Made by a program: the position numbers and the translations under genes. DNA of 64,000 nt from Heterodontus francisci (taxonomy: Eukaryota): NCBI RefSeq assembly GCF_036365525.1, contig NC_090390.1, positions 31,292,180 to 31,356,179 on the forward strand. The letters run 5' to 3'. Below the pieces are notes generated by a model that ran no database searches, was not told the origin of the DNA, and was given only the letters and a program-made list of their open reading frames with translations. Of this stretch, positions 1-13,449 are shown piece by piece. Each line of letters begins with the position of its first letter. Within the stretch, counting starts at the first letter, position 1.

Positions 1-2275
1 CATTGGATTTGGTACTGGGAAATGAACCCGGCCAGGTGTTAGATTTAGATGTAGGTGAGCACTTTGGTGATAGTGATCACAATTCGGTTAGGTTTACCTT
101 AGCGATGGGCAGGGGACAGGTATATACCGCAGGGCAAAAATTATTGCTGGGGGAAAGGAAATTATGATGCGATTAGGCAAGATTTAGGATGCGTAGGATG
201 GGGAAGGAAACTGCAGGGGATGGGAACAATCGAAATGTGGAGCTTATTCAAGGAGCAGCTACTGCGTGTCCTTGATAAGTATGTACCTGTGAGGCAGGGA
301 GGAAGTTGTCGAGCGAGGGAGCCGTGGTTTACTAAAGAAGTTGAAGCGCTTGTCAAGAGGAAGAAGGCGGCTTATGTTAGGATGAGACGTGAAGGCTCAG
401 TTAGGGCGCTTGAGAGCTACAAGCTAGCCAGGAAGGATCTAAAGGGAGAGCTAAGAAGAGCAAGGAGAGGACACGAGAAGTCATTGGCGGATAGGATCAG
501 GGAAAACCCTAAGGCTTTCTTTAGGTATATCAGGAATAAAAGAATGACTAGAGTTAGATTAGTGCCAATCAAGGATGGTAGTGGGAAGTTGTGTGTGGAA
601 TCAGAGGAGGTAGGGGAAGTGTTAAATGAATATTTTGCATCAGTATTTACAGTAGAGAAAGAAAATGTTGTTGAGGAGAATACTGAGATTCAGGCTACTA
701 GGCTAGATGGGATTGAGGTTCACAAGGAGGAGGTGTTATCAATTTTGGAAAGTGTGAAAATAGATAGGTCCCCTGGGCCAGATGGGATTTACCCTAGGAT
801 TCTCTGGGAAGCTAGGGAGGAGATTGCAGAGCCTTTGTCCTTGATCTTTACGTCGTCATTGTCGACAGGAATAGTGCCGGAAGACTGGAGGATAGCAAAT
901 GTTGTCCCCTTGTTCAAGAAGGGGAGTAGAGACAGCCCTGGTAATTATAGACCTGTGAGCCTTACTTCGGTTGTGGGTAAAATGTTGGAAAAGGTTATAA
1001 GAGACAGGATTTATAATCATCTTGAAAAGAATAAGTTCATTAGCGATAGTCAGCATGGATTTGTGACGGGTAGGTCGTGCCTCACAAACCTTATTGAGTT
1101 TTTCGAGAAGGTGACCAAACAGGTGGATGAGGGTAAAGCAGTGGATGTGGTGTATATGGATTTCAGTAAGGCGTTTGATAAGGTTCCCCACGGTAGGCTA
1201 TTGCAGAAAATACGGAAGTATGGGGTTGAAGGTGATTTAGAGCTTTGGATCAGAAATTGTCTAGCTGAAAGAAGACAGAGGGTGGTGGTTGATGGCAAAT
1301 GTTCATCCTGGAGTTTAGTTACTAGTGGTGTACCGCAAGGATCTGTTTTGGGGCCACTGCTGTTTGTCATTTTTATAAATGACCTGGAAGTTGCAGATGA
1401 CACTAAGGTCGGTGGAGTTGTGGTTAGTGCCGAAGGATGTTGTAGGGTACAGAGGGACATAGATAGGCTGCAGAGCTGGGCTGAGAGATGGCAAATGGAG
1501 TTTAATGTGGAAAAGGGTGAGGTGATTCACTTTGGAAGGAGTAACAGGAATGCAGAGTACTGGGCTAAGGGGAAGATTCTTGGTAGTGCAGATGAACAGA
1601 GAGATCTTGGTGTCCAGGTGCATAAATCCCTGAAGGTTGCTACGCAGGTTAATAGGGCTGTTAAGAAGGCATATGGTGTGTTAGCTTTTATTAGTAGGGG
1701 GATCAAGTTTCGGAGCCACGAGGTCATGCTGCAGCTGTACAAAACTCTGGTGAGACCGCACCTGGAGTATTGCGTGCAGTTCTGGTCACCGCATTATAGG
1801 AAGGATGTGGAAGCTATGGAAAGGGTGCAGAGGAGATTTACTAGGATGTTGCCTGGTATGGAGGGAAGGTCTTACGAGGAAAGGCTGAGGGACTTGAGGT
1901 TGTTTTCGTTGGAGAGAAGGAGGAGGAGAGGTGACTTAATAGAGACATATAAGATAATCAGAGGGTTAGATAGGGTGGATAGTGAGCGTCTTTTTCCTCG
2001 GATGGTGATGGCAAACACGAGGGGACATAGCTTCAAGTTGAGGGGTGATAGATATAGGACAGATGTCAGAGGTAGTTTCTTTACTTAGAGAGTAGTAAGG
2101 GCGTGGAACACCCTGCCTGCAGCAGTAGTAGACTCGCCAACTTTAAGGGCATTTAAGTGGTCATTGGATAGACACATGGATGAAAATGGAATAGTGTAGG
2201 TCAGATGGTTTCACAGGTCGGCGCAACATCGAGGGCCGAAGGGCCTGTACTGCGCTGTAATGTTCTAATTCTAAT
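1..2275 (+). mobile_element. CR1 LINE, ORF2 (end of APE endonuclease plus RT) and 3' tail; inactive
   Basis: GDSDHN endonuclease motif near 60-90 and a +1 frameshift near 112-115. ORF 220-2088 has GNYRPVSLTS, QHGF, DFSKAFD and PQGSVLGP. An in-frame deletion precedes ADD, a premature TAG lies at 2086-2088, and the tail is (TTCTAA)n. Confidence 0.95.
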
Positions 2276-3269
2276 AGAACAAGAAGAGTATGTTGATCAG
2301 GTTAACAAGTGACATTGCTTTTTGTAATATGAAAATAGTAGAGAGGAATAACTAAATATACACTAACAAGCATGAGACATCTAGAATAAGGCTTCAGTGC
2401 TCAAAGTAAACAGTTGCAGCTCGAGCACAATATTCTGCTCCATGACTTTCAACATTCAAACAGTGACAAAACAACGTCTACTTCCATACTGCTCAGCAAA
2501 TAAAGGTCAACAACAGCCATGGGGAAAAGAGGAGGAGATTTTGGGACACACTTAAAAATTCCAAGTGCTGTCCAAAGTTCATAACATTTAATGCATAAGC
2601 TACAATGAAAAGATTAAGTAGATTATACTGCCCTCATGGCAACAACAAAATCCATGAAGCCTTTATAGCATAACAACTGGAAACAGGCAAGCCTCCCCTG
2701 AAGATATAAACAAAATATTGTTACACATGCATTTGTGGAAACAATGGGAGAGAAATTCAACTTACTCCAGATTCCAGCACAGAACTGGTGGCACAATATG
2801 GAGATGTGCTGTATGCCATCGGCCTGAGGTGCCATTGAAAATTCAGCCTTGGTCCTGATCTGTGTGAAACCGGCAAGAAGCATACACCACTCAGGTGCCC
2901 CGATGCAGCTTGCCAGTTGTGGCCTGAGGAGTATTGTTTTGGAATTCTTTCCAATGCTGAGTTGGCCCACAGGTAGGTCCTGTACAAGAATGGAGGCAGA
3001 GGAGAGAAGAGAGAGCCCAGGCCAGTAGGAGCCTAAAATATTTTTCTGCCACTTCTGTTCCTCCTGACTCCACGGAAATGAAACTATCGAAAACTTTGCT
3101 CACCTGTTTCTGGGGGGCTGGTGGAGGGGGTGGGGGGAGGGGGTGGTGGGCGGGTGCAGTGCTATTGTCGTCCTTTTAAAGACTGTTGGTTAGGTGGCTG
3201 AGCATCAGGACAAGTATAAAGGAAGCAGGAGAAACTTCAGCTAGGATAGCTACAAGAGTTACAGCTTAC

Positions 3270-3419
3270 CTCTAATCTGAGCTTCTGAGATACCATTCCA
3301 ATGTCAACAGTAACGAACACAACTCTCTTTGAATTGTTAGGGTCTGCTACAATAAAAGCTCGACTGTACAGACGGTTATGGAGTCCTGCAGCATCCTGGT
3401 CTGGACTGGCATATCCCAT
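3270..3419 (-). CDS. ASAH2: Neutral ceramidase, third coding exon (150 bp)
   Basis: Reads MGYASPDQDAAGLHNRLYSRAFIVADPNNSKRVVFVTVDIGMVSQKLRLE, matching vertebrate ASAH2 (MGYGKSGQNAQGILTRLYSRAFIMAEPDGSNRTVFVSIDIGMVSQRLRLE). Acceptor ...gtgtag at 3421-3420 and donor gtaag at 3269-3265; phase 0/0. No further downstream exon seen in the window. Confidence 0.95.
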
Positions 3420-3799
3420 CTACACATTAGCAAAAACAAGTGTTTACAGCATGCAAATCACATGGCATTTTCCTTATATCACATCAGAATTACACTGATG
3501 TGCCTTTAACATTAATAGTATTTGACATTCATCCGGTAGTTCTCACTGTCAGTACAAAAAGTTGATTCTATCACGTTCTCCCATCCCAACTGCGGCAAGC
3601 CTGGCACTTGCACAGGTTTACAGAACATTTTAATCAAGTTTGAAAGAAACTTACTTTATTACATTTTTGAGCTTTGGGAAATGTAAGGGAACGTTCTATC
3701 TGATAAGTGTAATGTTTTTGTCCTTTACTGATCAACCTTCAGTGGTGCTGCATGCATGAGATGGTGCTGTAACAGATTGAGGTGCTATAGTGGGAGAAA

Positions 3800-3930
3800 C
3801 ACTTTTCTTCCCATCCTTATGGCTTTCAATCCAGCACCAACTGATGTGACCAAAGCTGTCTCTCTCTGACAGCTGGAAGAATCCTACATGAATTGAGCTT
3901 GGATAATCTCAATGCAGTTCCTGGTGGTGT
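3800..3930 (+). mobile_element. Ancient LF-SINE-like fragment
   Basis: Ordered blocks aatccagc..gtgaccaaag..tctgacagctg..cctacatgaattgag..tctcaatgcagttcctggtgg resemble my recollection of the LF-SINE consensus. Not verified by alignment. Confidence 0.45.
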
Positions 3931-5912
3931 TGATTCTAAAGCACAAGGCTTTTCTTTTTAAAGCAACGTGTCCATGTGAGAAACATGTCCTTCACACACG
4001 TGTGAACACAAAAGAAATCTGGTTCCGTACGTATACAACATTTATTCGATTCAACAACTGAAAATCGACTCTTCCTGTCCATTTTTTTCCCCAAAGTCGC
4101 CAGGTAATTGCATTACTTTCAAGGCCTCTCAATGCGACTTAGCACTGAGTGCAACTTGAACACAGTGCTGGGAGCTCGGTGAGTTGAGGGAGTTGGGTGA
4201 GAAGGGGAAGGAGGTGCTCCTTTGCTTTTTCTAACTTATCCACCCTGTAGAATTTGGTTCTTACTCTACTACAGGGGAAGAAGCTAGCTGTTTGCTGAGT
4301 ATCAGGTAAGTGGTTAAGGTCTATTCTATTCCTAAGGTTTAAAATAGTACAGGAACTGGCGGTAAGGTTATTAAAATATATAAAAAATGAAAATAAATAA
4401 TAGAATAAAATAATTAAGCAGTTAATTAAAACATATTAAGGATGGCAGGACAGGTGATGTGTCACAGCTGCAACTTGTGGGAGCTCCTGGATCCCAGTAT
4501 GATCCAGGGCAAACACGTCTGCAATAAGTGTTTGCGGCTCAAGAAGCGTTGGCTCAGAGTCATTGAACTGGAGGCTGAGCTGCAGACACTATGACACATC
4601 AGGGAGTGGGAAAGTTACCTGGACACGACATACCATGAGGCAGGTCACACCCTTAGGATAGGGTCTTCTGATTTGGTCAGTGGTTAGGGTCAGGAGAGGG
4701 TGACTGAGGAAGGTAAGGGCAGACCCAGGTAATGTAAGACCCAGAGGGCAGGAATGCAGGAGACTCAGCCTTTGTGATTATCAAACAGGTTTGAGGTTCT
4801 TTCAGCTTGTTTGGATGAGAGTGGGGGGCCGCAGGGTGAATCAGCTAACTGACCATGGCACCGTGGTACAGGAAGCCATTCAAGTGGGGGGAGCAAAAAG
4901 GAATGTAGTGGTAGTAAGGGACAGTATAGTGAGGGGGATTGACACTGCTCTCTGCAGAAAAGAACAAGAGACCAGAAGGTTGTGTTGCCTGCCTAGTGCC
5001 AGGGTTCGGGACATCTGCTTAGGGCTGGAGAGGAACTTACAGTGGGAGGAGGAGGAGCCCGTTGTCATGGTCCATGTAGGTAACAATGATATCGGCAGGA
5101 CAAGGAAAGAGGTTCTGCAAAGTCAGTATGAGGAGCTGGGCACCAAATTAAGAAGCAGAACCTCAAAGGTAATAATCTTTGGATTATTACCTGAGCCACG
5201 TGCAAATTAGCACAGGGCAAATAAGAATAGAGAAATAAATGTGTGGCTCAAAGATTAGTGTGGTAGAATGGGTTCCGGTTTGTGGGCAGTGGCAGCAGTA
5301 CTGGGGAAAATGGGAGCTATACCGTTGGGATGTCTACACCAGAACCATGCAGGGGCTGTTCTAGCGAGCCACATAACTAGGGAGGGTTTTAAACTAAATA
5401 GTGGGCCGAGGGATCAAGTTTGGGAAAATGTAGTAAATCAAAGAGTAAAAACAAGGCAAGAGAGAAAGGTATGACTATGGGAAATGATAAACAGACCATG
5501 ACAGGAAGGGACAGTGATTACAAATGTAAGAGTAAGTCAGCAATTAAAGCTAGACTTTACAAAAATAATAAAAGGACAAAACTAAAGGCTCTGTAGCTGA
5601 AGGCATATAGCATTCGAAACAAAACAGATGAACTGATAGCGCAAATAAAAATAAATAATTATGATCTGATAGCCATCACAGAGACATGGCTGCAGTATGA
5701 CATAGATTGGGACCAGAATATTGAAGGGAACATGACATTTAAGAAGGACAGGAAGCTAGGAAAAGGTGGAGGGGTGGCTCTGTTAATTAATGATGGTGTT
5801 AGCACATTAGAGAGGGATGACCTAAGTTCAGGAAACCAGGACGTAAAAGCAGTTTGGGTAGAGATGAGAAATGATAAAGGCAAAATGTCACTCGTGGGAG
5901 TGGTGTATAGGC

Positions 5913-6980
5913 CCTTTCCCCTTCCTCCCAGAACCGTGATAGGGTTCCCCTTGTCTTCACTTTCCACCCCATCAGCCTCCATATCCAAAGGATCATCCTC
6001 CGCCATTTCCGCAACCTCCAGCGTGATGCCACTACCAAACGCATCTTCCCCTCCCTTCTCGTCAGCATTCCGAAGGAATCGTTCCCTCCGCGACACCCTG
6101 GTCCACTCCTCCATTACCCCCACCACCTCGTCCCCATCCCATGGCACCTTCCCCTGCAATCGCAGGAGGTGTAATATCTGCCCATTTACCTCCTCTCTCC
6201 TCACTATCCCAGGCCCCAAACACTCCTTTCAGGTGAAGCAGTGATTTAGTTGTACTACTTTCAATGTAGTATACTGTATTCGCTGTTCACAATGTGGTCT
6301 CCTCTACATTGGGGAGACCAAACGCAGACTGGGTGACCGCTTTGCGGAACACCTCCGCTCAGTCCGCAAGCAGGACCCTGAGCTTCCGGTTGCTTGCCAT
6401 TTCAGCACTCCCCCCTACTCTCATCCCTATCCTGGGTTTGCTGCAGTGTTCCAGTGAATATCAACGCAAGCTCGAGGAACAGCATCTCATTTATCGATTA
6501 GGCACACTGCAGCCTGCCGGACTGAACATTGAGTTCAATAATTTCAGAGCATGACGGGCCCCCCATTTTACTTTTATTTTTAGTTCTTTTTTCTTTTTTT
6601 CTTTTTTACATTTTTTACAATTTTTTTTTGTTTATTTCATTTCATCTTAGTTTGTTCAGTTTGCTTACCCACTGTTTTTTTTCATGTTTGTACTTGCTGC
6701 TGTTCAATCTTTAGTCCGTTAACACCCTATCTGTACGAATGCTTTGTCTTTCAACACACCATTAACATATTGTTTGCCTTTGCTCCATGACCTTTTGGTC
6801 AGCTATGTGGCCTTGTCCAATCTACACCTTCTCCTTTGTTATCTCTTGCCCCACCCCCACCTCACTTGCTTATAACCTCTGACATTTCTAATATTTGCTC
6901 GTTCCGAAGAAGGGTCACTAACCCGAAACGTTAACTCTGCTTCTCTTTCCACAGATGCTGCCAGACCTACTGAGCGGTTC
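5913..6980 (+). mobile_element. Penelope-like element, 5'-truncated (Cys-rich linker, GIY-YIG, pseudo-LTR)
   Basis: FPCNRRRCNICPF linker, then VVYCIRCSQCGLLYIGETKRRLGDRFAEH (GIY-YIG), a T-rich 3'UTR and a terminal repeat with a hammerhead-like core at 6901-6936. Confidence 0.9.
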
Positions 6981-7386
6981 ATATATTATATAAAAAATAA
7001 TGGGAGCTTGTCAGAAAGGTACGGCGATAATCATGGGGGATATTAATCTCTGCATATGGACTGGAAAAATCAGATGGGCAAAGATAGCCTAGTTGAGAAG
7101 TTCACAGAATATTTTTGGGATATTTTCTTAGAACAGCATGTTCTGGAGCCAACCAGAGAGCGGCTATATGAGATCTGGTGTTGTCCAAAGAGATAGGATT
7201 AATTGATGACCTCATAGTGAAGGCGCCCCTAGGTAGCAGCAATCATAATATGATTGAACTTTACATTCAGTTTCAGGGAGACAAGAATGGGTCCAAGGCT
7301 AGTATTTTAAACTTAAATATGGGCAATTATGAGGGCATGAAAGCCGAGCTAGCTAAAGTGAACTGGCAAATTAGGTTAAGGGATAG

Positions 7387-8382
7387 TGTTATGACCAAGG
7401 TGGGAGGATTGCACTGTCTTTTCTAGTTCCACTTCCCCACAGGTCACAACATATATTTAAATGTTTACCCAGTTACCGATACGGTCAATCATAGACTCTA
7501 CTTTTCAATCCCAGAAGAAAATAAACCAACCAGGATTCTGTAATAAACAACAAAATTATCAGTTTATTACAAAACAAGACTTAATCAGTAATGAAGCAAA
7601 GCATTAACAAGCAGATTGAAACATGAAAGTTCCCTTTTTACCTCAGCCCCTCTCACACACACACACACACCAGTTAACTGAAAAATAGAGATTTTTTCTT
7701 TAGAGCTCTGTTACAAAGAAAAAGACAGAAAAGAATACTTTGGCCAAATACTTGCTAATTCCTGAAGGGAAAAAATATGGAAATATGTCTGTTGTCCCTT
7801 TTTTGGTTTGGCATCCCAAATATGCATAGACAGCTGTCACTGGGATCTTTCTCTGGAGCAATACATTCAGGCAGTGTCGAGGATTAATCCAGATGGTTTT
7901 TCCAGCATCTCAGGAGAAATACAGCAACAAGGGTTTCAAGCAGGCATTTCAGGACTAATGTAGCATCATTTTCTCTATTTCTTACAATTGCTTCTAAGAG
8001 CTTCTCAAAGAGATGGAAAAGCTGGCAGGCTTTTCAAAGAGATGGAAAAGGCGGAGCTGGGGTGACTGCTTTCCTGGCTGTTTTTTTAAAACTCCAACAC
8101 ACTGTCCAAAGCAAAACCGAAAACAATATTTCAAGAGGCAAGTCTCCTGAATCCGATAAAGCTTGACCTGTCACTTCTCTGTAAACATCTCCCCCAAGGC
8201 AAAAAGCCCCTGTATGGTATTAATGTGAAGACAGGTGACTCCCAGTACATGTTGTTTGCAAACAAGACCTCTCAGTCCTTTTAATGACCCCAGTGAAAAA
8301 AACATTCATGGAATCCATTTCAGTTTTCCCAAATAAAACAAGTCCTCAAAATTTAACAAAAAGTGGAACGACTTTCATAACA
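7387..8382 (-). mobile_element. Solo LTR-like element (~1 kb) inside CR1
   Basis: Ends TGTTATGA...TCATAACA (8-bp inverted). TSD ATAG at 7383-7386 and 8383-8386. Removing it restores the CR1. No ORF. Confidence 0.85.
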
Positions 8383-11300
8383 ATAGGTCAATAGTGATGC
8401 AGTGGCAGACATTTAAAGGGATAGTTCAGAATACACATAATAGATACATTCCAATGAGAGGGACAAGTTCCAAGGGGAGGACCCAACATCTGTGGTTAAC
8501 TAAAAAGTTAAAGATAGTATCAAACTTAAAGAAAAAGCATACAATTGTGCAAAGATGGGTGGCATGTCAGAAGATTGGACAGAATATAAAAAACAGCAAA
8601 GAATGACTAAAAGATTGATAAGGAGAGAAAAATTAGAGTATGAGAGAAAAATTAGAGTATGAGAGAAAGCTAGCTCGGAATATAAAACAGACAGTAAGAG
8701 TTTCTATAGACATTTAAATAAGAGGAGAGTTAACAAAGTGAGCATTGGCCCTATATAAAGTGAGTCTGGGGAATTAATAAGGGAAAATAAGGAGATGGCA
8801 GATGAACTGAATAGGTATTTTGCATCAGTCTTCACTATAGAGGATACAAGTAATATCCCAGAAATAGCTGTAAATCAGGAAATGGAAGGGAGGGAGGAAC
8901 TCCAGAAAATTACAATTACCGGGGAAGTGGTACTGAACAAATTGTTGGAGCTGCGGACTGACAAGTCCCTGGGTCCTGATGGACTTCGTCCTAGGGTCCT
9001 AAAAGAAGTGGCTAGTGAGATAGTTGATGTGTTAGTTTTAATTTTCAAAAATTCCCTAGATTTGGGGAAGGTTCCATTAGATTGGAAAATAGCGAATGTA
9101 ACTCCTTTATTCAAAAAGGGAGGGAGACAGAAAGCAGGAAACTACAGGCCAGTTAGCTTAACCTCTGTCATAGGGAAAATGTTGGAAGCTATTATTAAAG
9201 ATGTTATAGCAGGGCACTTAGAAAAATTCAAGGTAATCAGGCAGTGTCAACACGGTTTTGTGAAAGGGAAATCATGTTTAACCAATTTATTGGAGTTCTT
9301 TGAAAAAGTAACATGCTGTGGATAAAGGGGAATCGGTGGATATACTGTACTTAGATTTCCAGAAGGCATTTAATAAGATGCCACATCAAAGGTTATTGCA
9401 GAAAATAAAAGCTCATGGTGTAGGGGGTAATATATTGGCATGGATAGAAGATTGGCTAGCTAACAGGAAACAGAGAGTAGGCCTAAATGCATCATTTTCT
9501 GGTTGGCAAAATGTAACGAGTGGTATGCCACAGGGATCTACGCTGGGGCCTCAACTTTTTACAATTTATATAAATGACTTAGATGAAGGGACCGAAGGTA
9601 TGGTTGCTAGATTTGCTGATGACAGAAAGATAGGTAGGAAAGTAAGTTGTGAAGAGGACAGAAGGGGGCTACAAAGGTATATAGATAGGTTAAGTGAGTG
9701 AGCAAACATCTGGCAAATGGAGTATAATGTGGGAAAAATGTGAAATTGTCTATTTTGGTGGGAAGAATAAAAATGAAGCATATTATCTAAATGGTGAGAG
9801 ATTGCAGAGCTCTGAGCTGCAGAGGGATCTGGGTGTCCTAGTGCATGAATCACAAAAGGTGAGTATGCAGGTTCAGCAAGTAATTAAGAAAGCTAATAGA
9901 ATATTACCAATTATTGCGAGGGGAATTGAATACAAAAGTAGGGAGGTTATGCTTCATTTATACAGGGCATGGGTGAGACCGCATCTGGAGTACTGCGTAC
10001 AGTATTGGTCTCCTTATTGAAGGAAGATGTAAATGTGTTGGAAGCAGTTCAGAGAAGGTTTCCGAGACTAATACCTGGATTGAGCGTGTTGTCTTATGAG
10101 GAAGGGTTGGACAGGCTAGGCTTGTATCCACTGGAGTTTAGAAGAGTAAGAGGTGACTTGATAGAAACATATAAGATCCTGAGGGGTCTTGACAGGGTGG
10201 ATGTGGAAAGGATGTTTCCCCTTGTGGGAGAACCTAGAACTAGGAGTCACTATTTAAAATAAGGGATTGCCCATTTAAGACAGAGATGAGGAGAAATTTT
10301 TTCTCTCAGAGGGTCGTGAGTCTTTGGAAGTCTCTTCCCCAAAAGGCAGTGGAAGCAGAGTCTTTAAATATTTTTAAGGCAGAGGAAGATAGATTCTTGA
10401 TAAGCAAGGGGGTGAAAGGTTATAGGGGGTAGGCAGAAATGTAGGGTCGAGGTTACAATCAGATAAGCCATGATCTTATTCGATGGTGGAGCAGGCTCGA
10501 GGGGCCGAGTTGTCTACTTCTGCTCCTAATTCGTATGTTCGTATGTAAACGCTGACTGCCTGGTTTGAAACTGGGAAGGTGGCTATCCAAAGGAGCAGCT
10601 GAATGCAAGGTTGGAAAAGAGTGTAGGAGGGAAGGACAGAGCAAGGGTTTCAATGCTGTGGACATTGGGAGCACATTTGGTACAGGAGGTGGTGATACAG
10701 GAGGGCAGACTCTACCTTAGGCAAACTGGTACCAATGCCCTGGCACCAGGGATAGAGCGCACTTTGGGTAAGAGCTTGAACTAATACTCAGGGAGTGTGG
10801 AGAGAAGCTTACTTTAGAGCATTTACAGGAGAGTTTAAGAATAAGTATAGTGAAAAGGTAAAGCAGCCTGAAATAGTCAGCTGAAAAGCTTTGTATGGAG
10901 AGATATACCTTGGGGCTGTAGGTAATAGTTGCAGAGGATCATGAATAAGGAGAAAAGGAAAGGAACTGAGAAGTGTGAATGTTTATATATGTATGGAGAA
11001 AGTGTTAGAAATAAAGGCAGAGAACAAGAGATACTAATTAGAATGGAGGGATATGATGTTATAGCATTGGTGGAAACTTGGGCAGAAGCCAGACATGGAC
11101 TGAATAAAATTTCTGGCAATATAAGTTTCAAGGGAAAAAGAGAAAGGAAAAAGGGTGGAGCGATGGCCTGGTTAATTAATGGCACCAATACAGCTGTTGA
11201 AAGGAAGGTTTTAAAATGATAGTTATGATGATCAGACAGAGTCCATCTGGGTACAATTAACAAATAATAAAGGATCTGCTATTATTTTGGGAGCACATTT

Positions 11301-13449
11301 TATGGTCAAAGTGGGAAGGGTTTTTAGAATGCATCCAGAATTATTACCTTAACAGTATCTCATATGTCATATGTAGTGTTAGATCTGATTCTGGGTAACA
11401 AAGCAGAACATGCAACATAGTGATCACTAGAGAATTAGGTTCACATTGAAAATATACATAAAAGAGACACCCAAGATAAAACTGTTGAACTGGAAATTAG
11501 TTCATTGCAGTGAGATGAAAGAGTACCCAGGCCAGAATAATTGGTTGAAAGAAACACCAGACCAACAGGGCAGATTTTTAATAATGAGATGGATATGGTG
11601 CAGGTTAAATACTTCCGAGCAAAGAGTGGATTGTCAAACGTTAGGATTCCATAGATAAACAGGGGGATTAGAGCAAAAAGCAGCATAATAAAGAAGCAAA
11701 GTCAAGAGAGATTAGGAAGGCAAAGAGTGAACATGAGAAAATAACAGTGCTCAACGAAGGGGAAAAAGCAAGGGCTTATAAAGCATATAATAAGTAAAAG
11801 GAAATTAAAGAAGGGTGGGGCTATTTGGAGATAAAGAAAGCCATCTAGTACTTGAGAGTGAAGTGCTGATATATACTTTGTCTCAATTTTTATAAGGAAG
11901 GGAGATAGTGGTACAATATGAATACATGAGAAGGTTGTAAATGAGCCACTAATGAAGTGGAAGATTCAAAAGGAAGTCCGTTAAAAAAAAACTAATGGAA
12001 CAGAAAGTAGAAATGTGACTAGACCCAGATAATGTGCATCAGGGATTACTGACAGATGTTAGGGAGTAGATAGTAGAGGCACAAATCATAATTTTGTTTG
12101 TAAACCATATAACTTTTTGTAAGCAGGAATTATCGCAAAAGAAGTGGCAAATGCTATACGCCTGTTTAGGAAAAAAAGATGGATAACCCAGGAAATCATG
12201 TCAATTTAGCTCACCTGACCTGCAAGTAAATTTCAAGTCCATAATATTGGATGAAATTAGTGAAAATGTGGAAAGCTATGGGCTAATCCAGGAGAGTCAG
12301 CACAGATTAAGAAAGAGTAACTTGTGCTGGACTAATTTATTTGAACTTTTGAAGGCAATCACAGAGTGTATAAAGGGAATGCAATGTGTGTCCTTTTCAT
12401 GGACTTTCAGAAAGCACTTGATAAGGTGCCACAAAAGAGAATTGCTACAAGAAATGAAGGGACATGGCATTAAAAGGGATGTAGCTTCTTGGACAAAGCA
12501 ATGACTAAGGAACTGAACACCAAGAACAGCAGCAATGTTTTTCAAATTGGAAGGAGCTGGTTAGTGATGTATCCCAAGAAGCTATTCTGCAATGTGTTTT
12601 CTTCTCTATTTATATACATGTTTTCAATATAGATGCAAAGGGAATGATATTGAACTTTTCTAATTATGTTAAATTAGGGGACATGGGCAGTTGGAGCATT
12701 TTGCAGAGACATCCTCATGCTTACCCCAGCCTGTATACATCACTTGATCAGATCTGCAAATCCCCCTTAGGTGCTTTGTCTGCACGTTTGTTATGTGGAG
12801 TGTCTCCCTCAAAGATCATGCATTGCCTCAACCTCAGGCCCACTGCCTCACTACCTCTACGCAACCTAAGGTTTCTGCAAATACGTAATGCCAGCTAAAT
12901 TAACTGAACTGTCGAAGAACTGTGAGGAAGAATGCAGGAGAAGAATGAAGATGTATTAGTAGAGTCGGCAGATTCCAGATGCCGTTCAGTGTAGAGAAAT
13001 GTGAAGTATCATACTGTGGGTAAAAAAAAGTGATAGCAAGTATACACGGCATGGTAAGAATCTTAACAGAATCAAGGGACCGTGAGGGCTACAGCTGTGG
13101 AGATATACATTTGAAAGCTGGGAGTGTAGGTTAAAAAATAGTCTGTAAAAGGGAACTGAGATTCTGAGTTTATATATAGGCATTGAATACAAAAGCAAGG
13201 AAATGAATTAAATTTGTACGAGGTAACTGAATAGGCCACAGTATCATTGCAGTTCTGAGCACCTCATAATAAAATAATTTCAGAGTCAAAGAGCATGTAG
13301 AGCAAGGATTTACCAGAATGAAAGCAGGAAAGACCAGTTATAGTTACAAAGATTAACAAAAATTGGACTATTTTGCTGGAATAGAGAAGATTAAATGGTG
13401 GTTTGTAGAGTGGGGGTGGGCATCCAATAGAAGTTTTCAAAATTATAAA

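Larger units (their letters stand above)
4150..10547 (+). mobile_element. Near full-length CR1 LINE (5'UTR, ORF1 Zn-finger/esterase, ORF2), interrupted by a Penelope element and a solo LTR
   Basis: ORF1 from 4442 reads MAGQVMCHSCNLWE..VCNKC, with SGNH-like DSIVRGID and VHVGNNDIG. ORF2 has AITETW, KGGGVA, VYRP (break at 5912, resumes ~6981), SSNHN and RT motifs at 8795-10262 (FADD). Tail (TCGTATGT)n. Many stops and frameshifts. Confidence 0.93.

Noticed and set aside
2745-3190. Possible MITE starting GGGAGAGAAATTC
   Set aside because: No matching second TIR or TSD could be found.
5732-6244. 170-aa ORF as a novel chimeric protein
   Set aside because: Chance in-frame junction of a CR1 endonuclease fragment with an inserted Penelope fragment, both degenerate.
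8623-8668. 19-bp tandem duplication GAGAGAAAAATTAGAGTAT
   Set aside because: Ordinary slippage mutation in a dead CR1.
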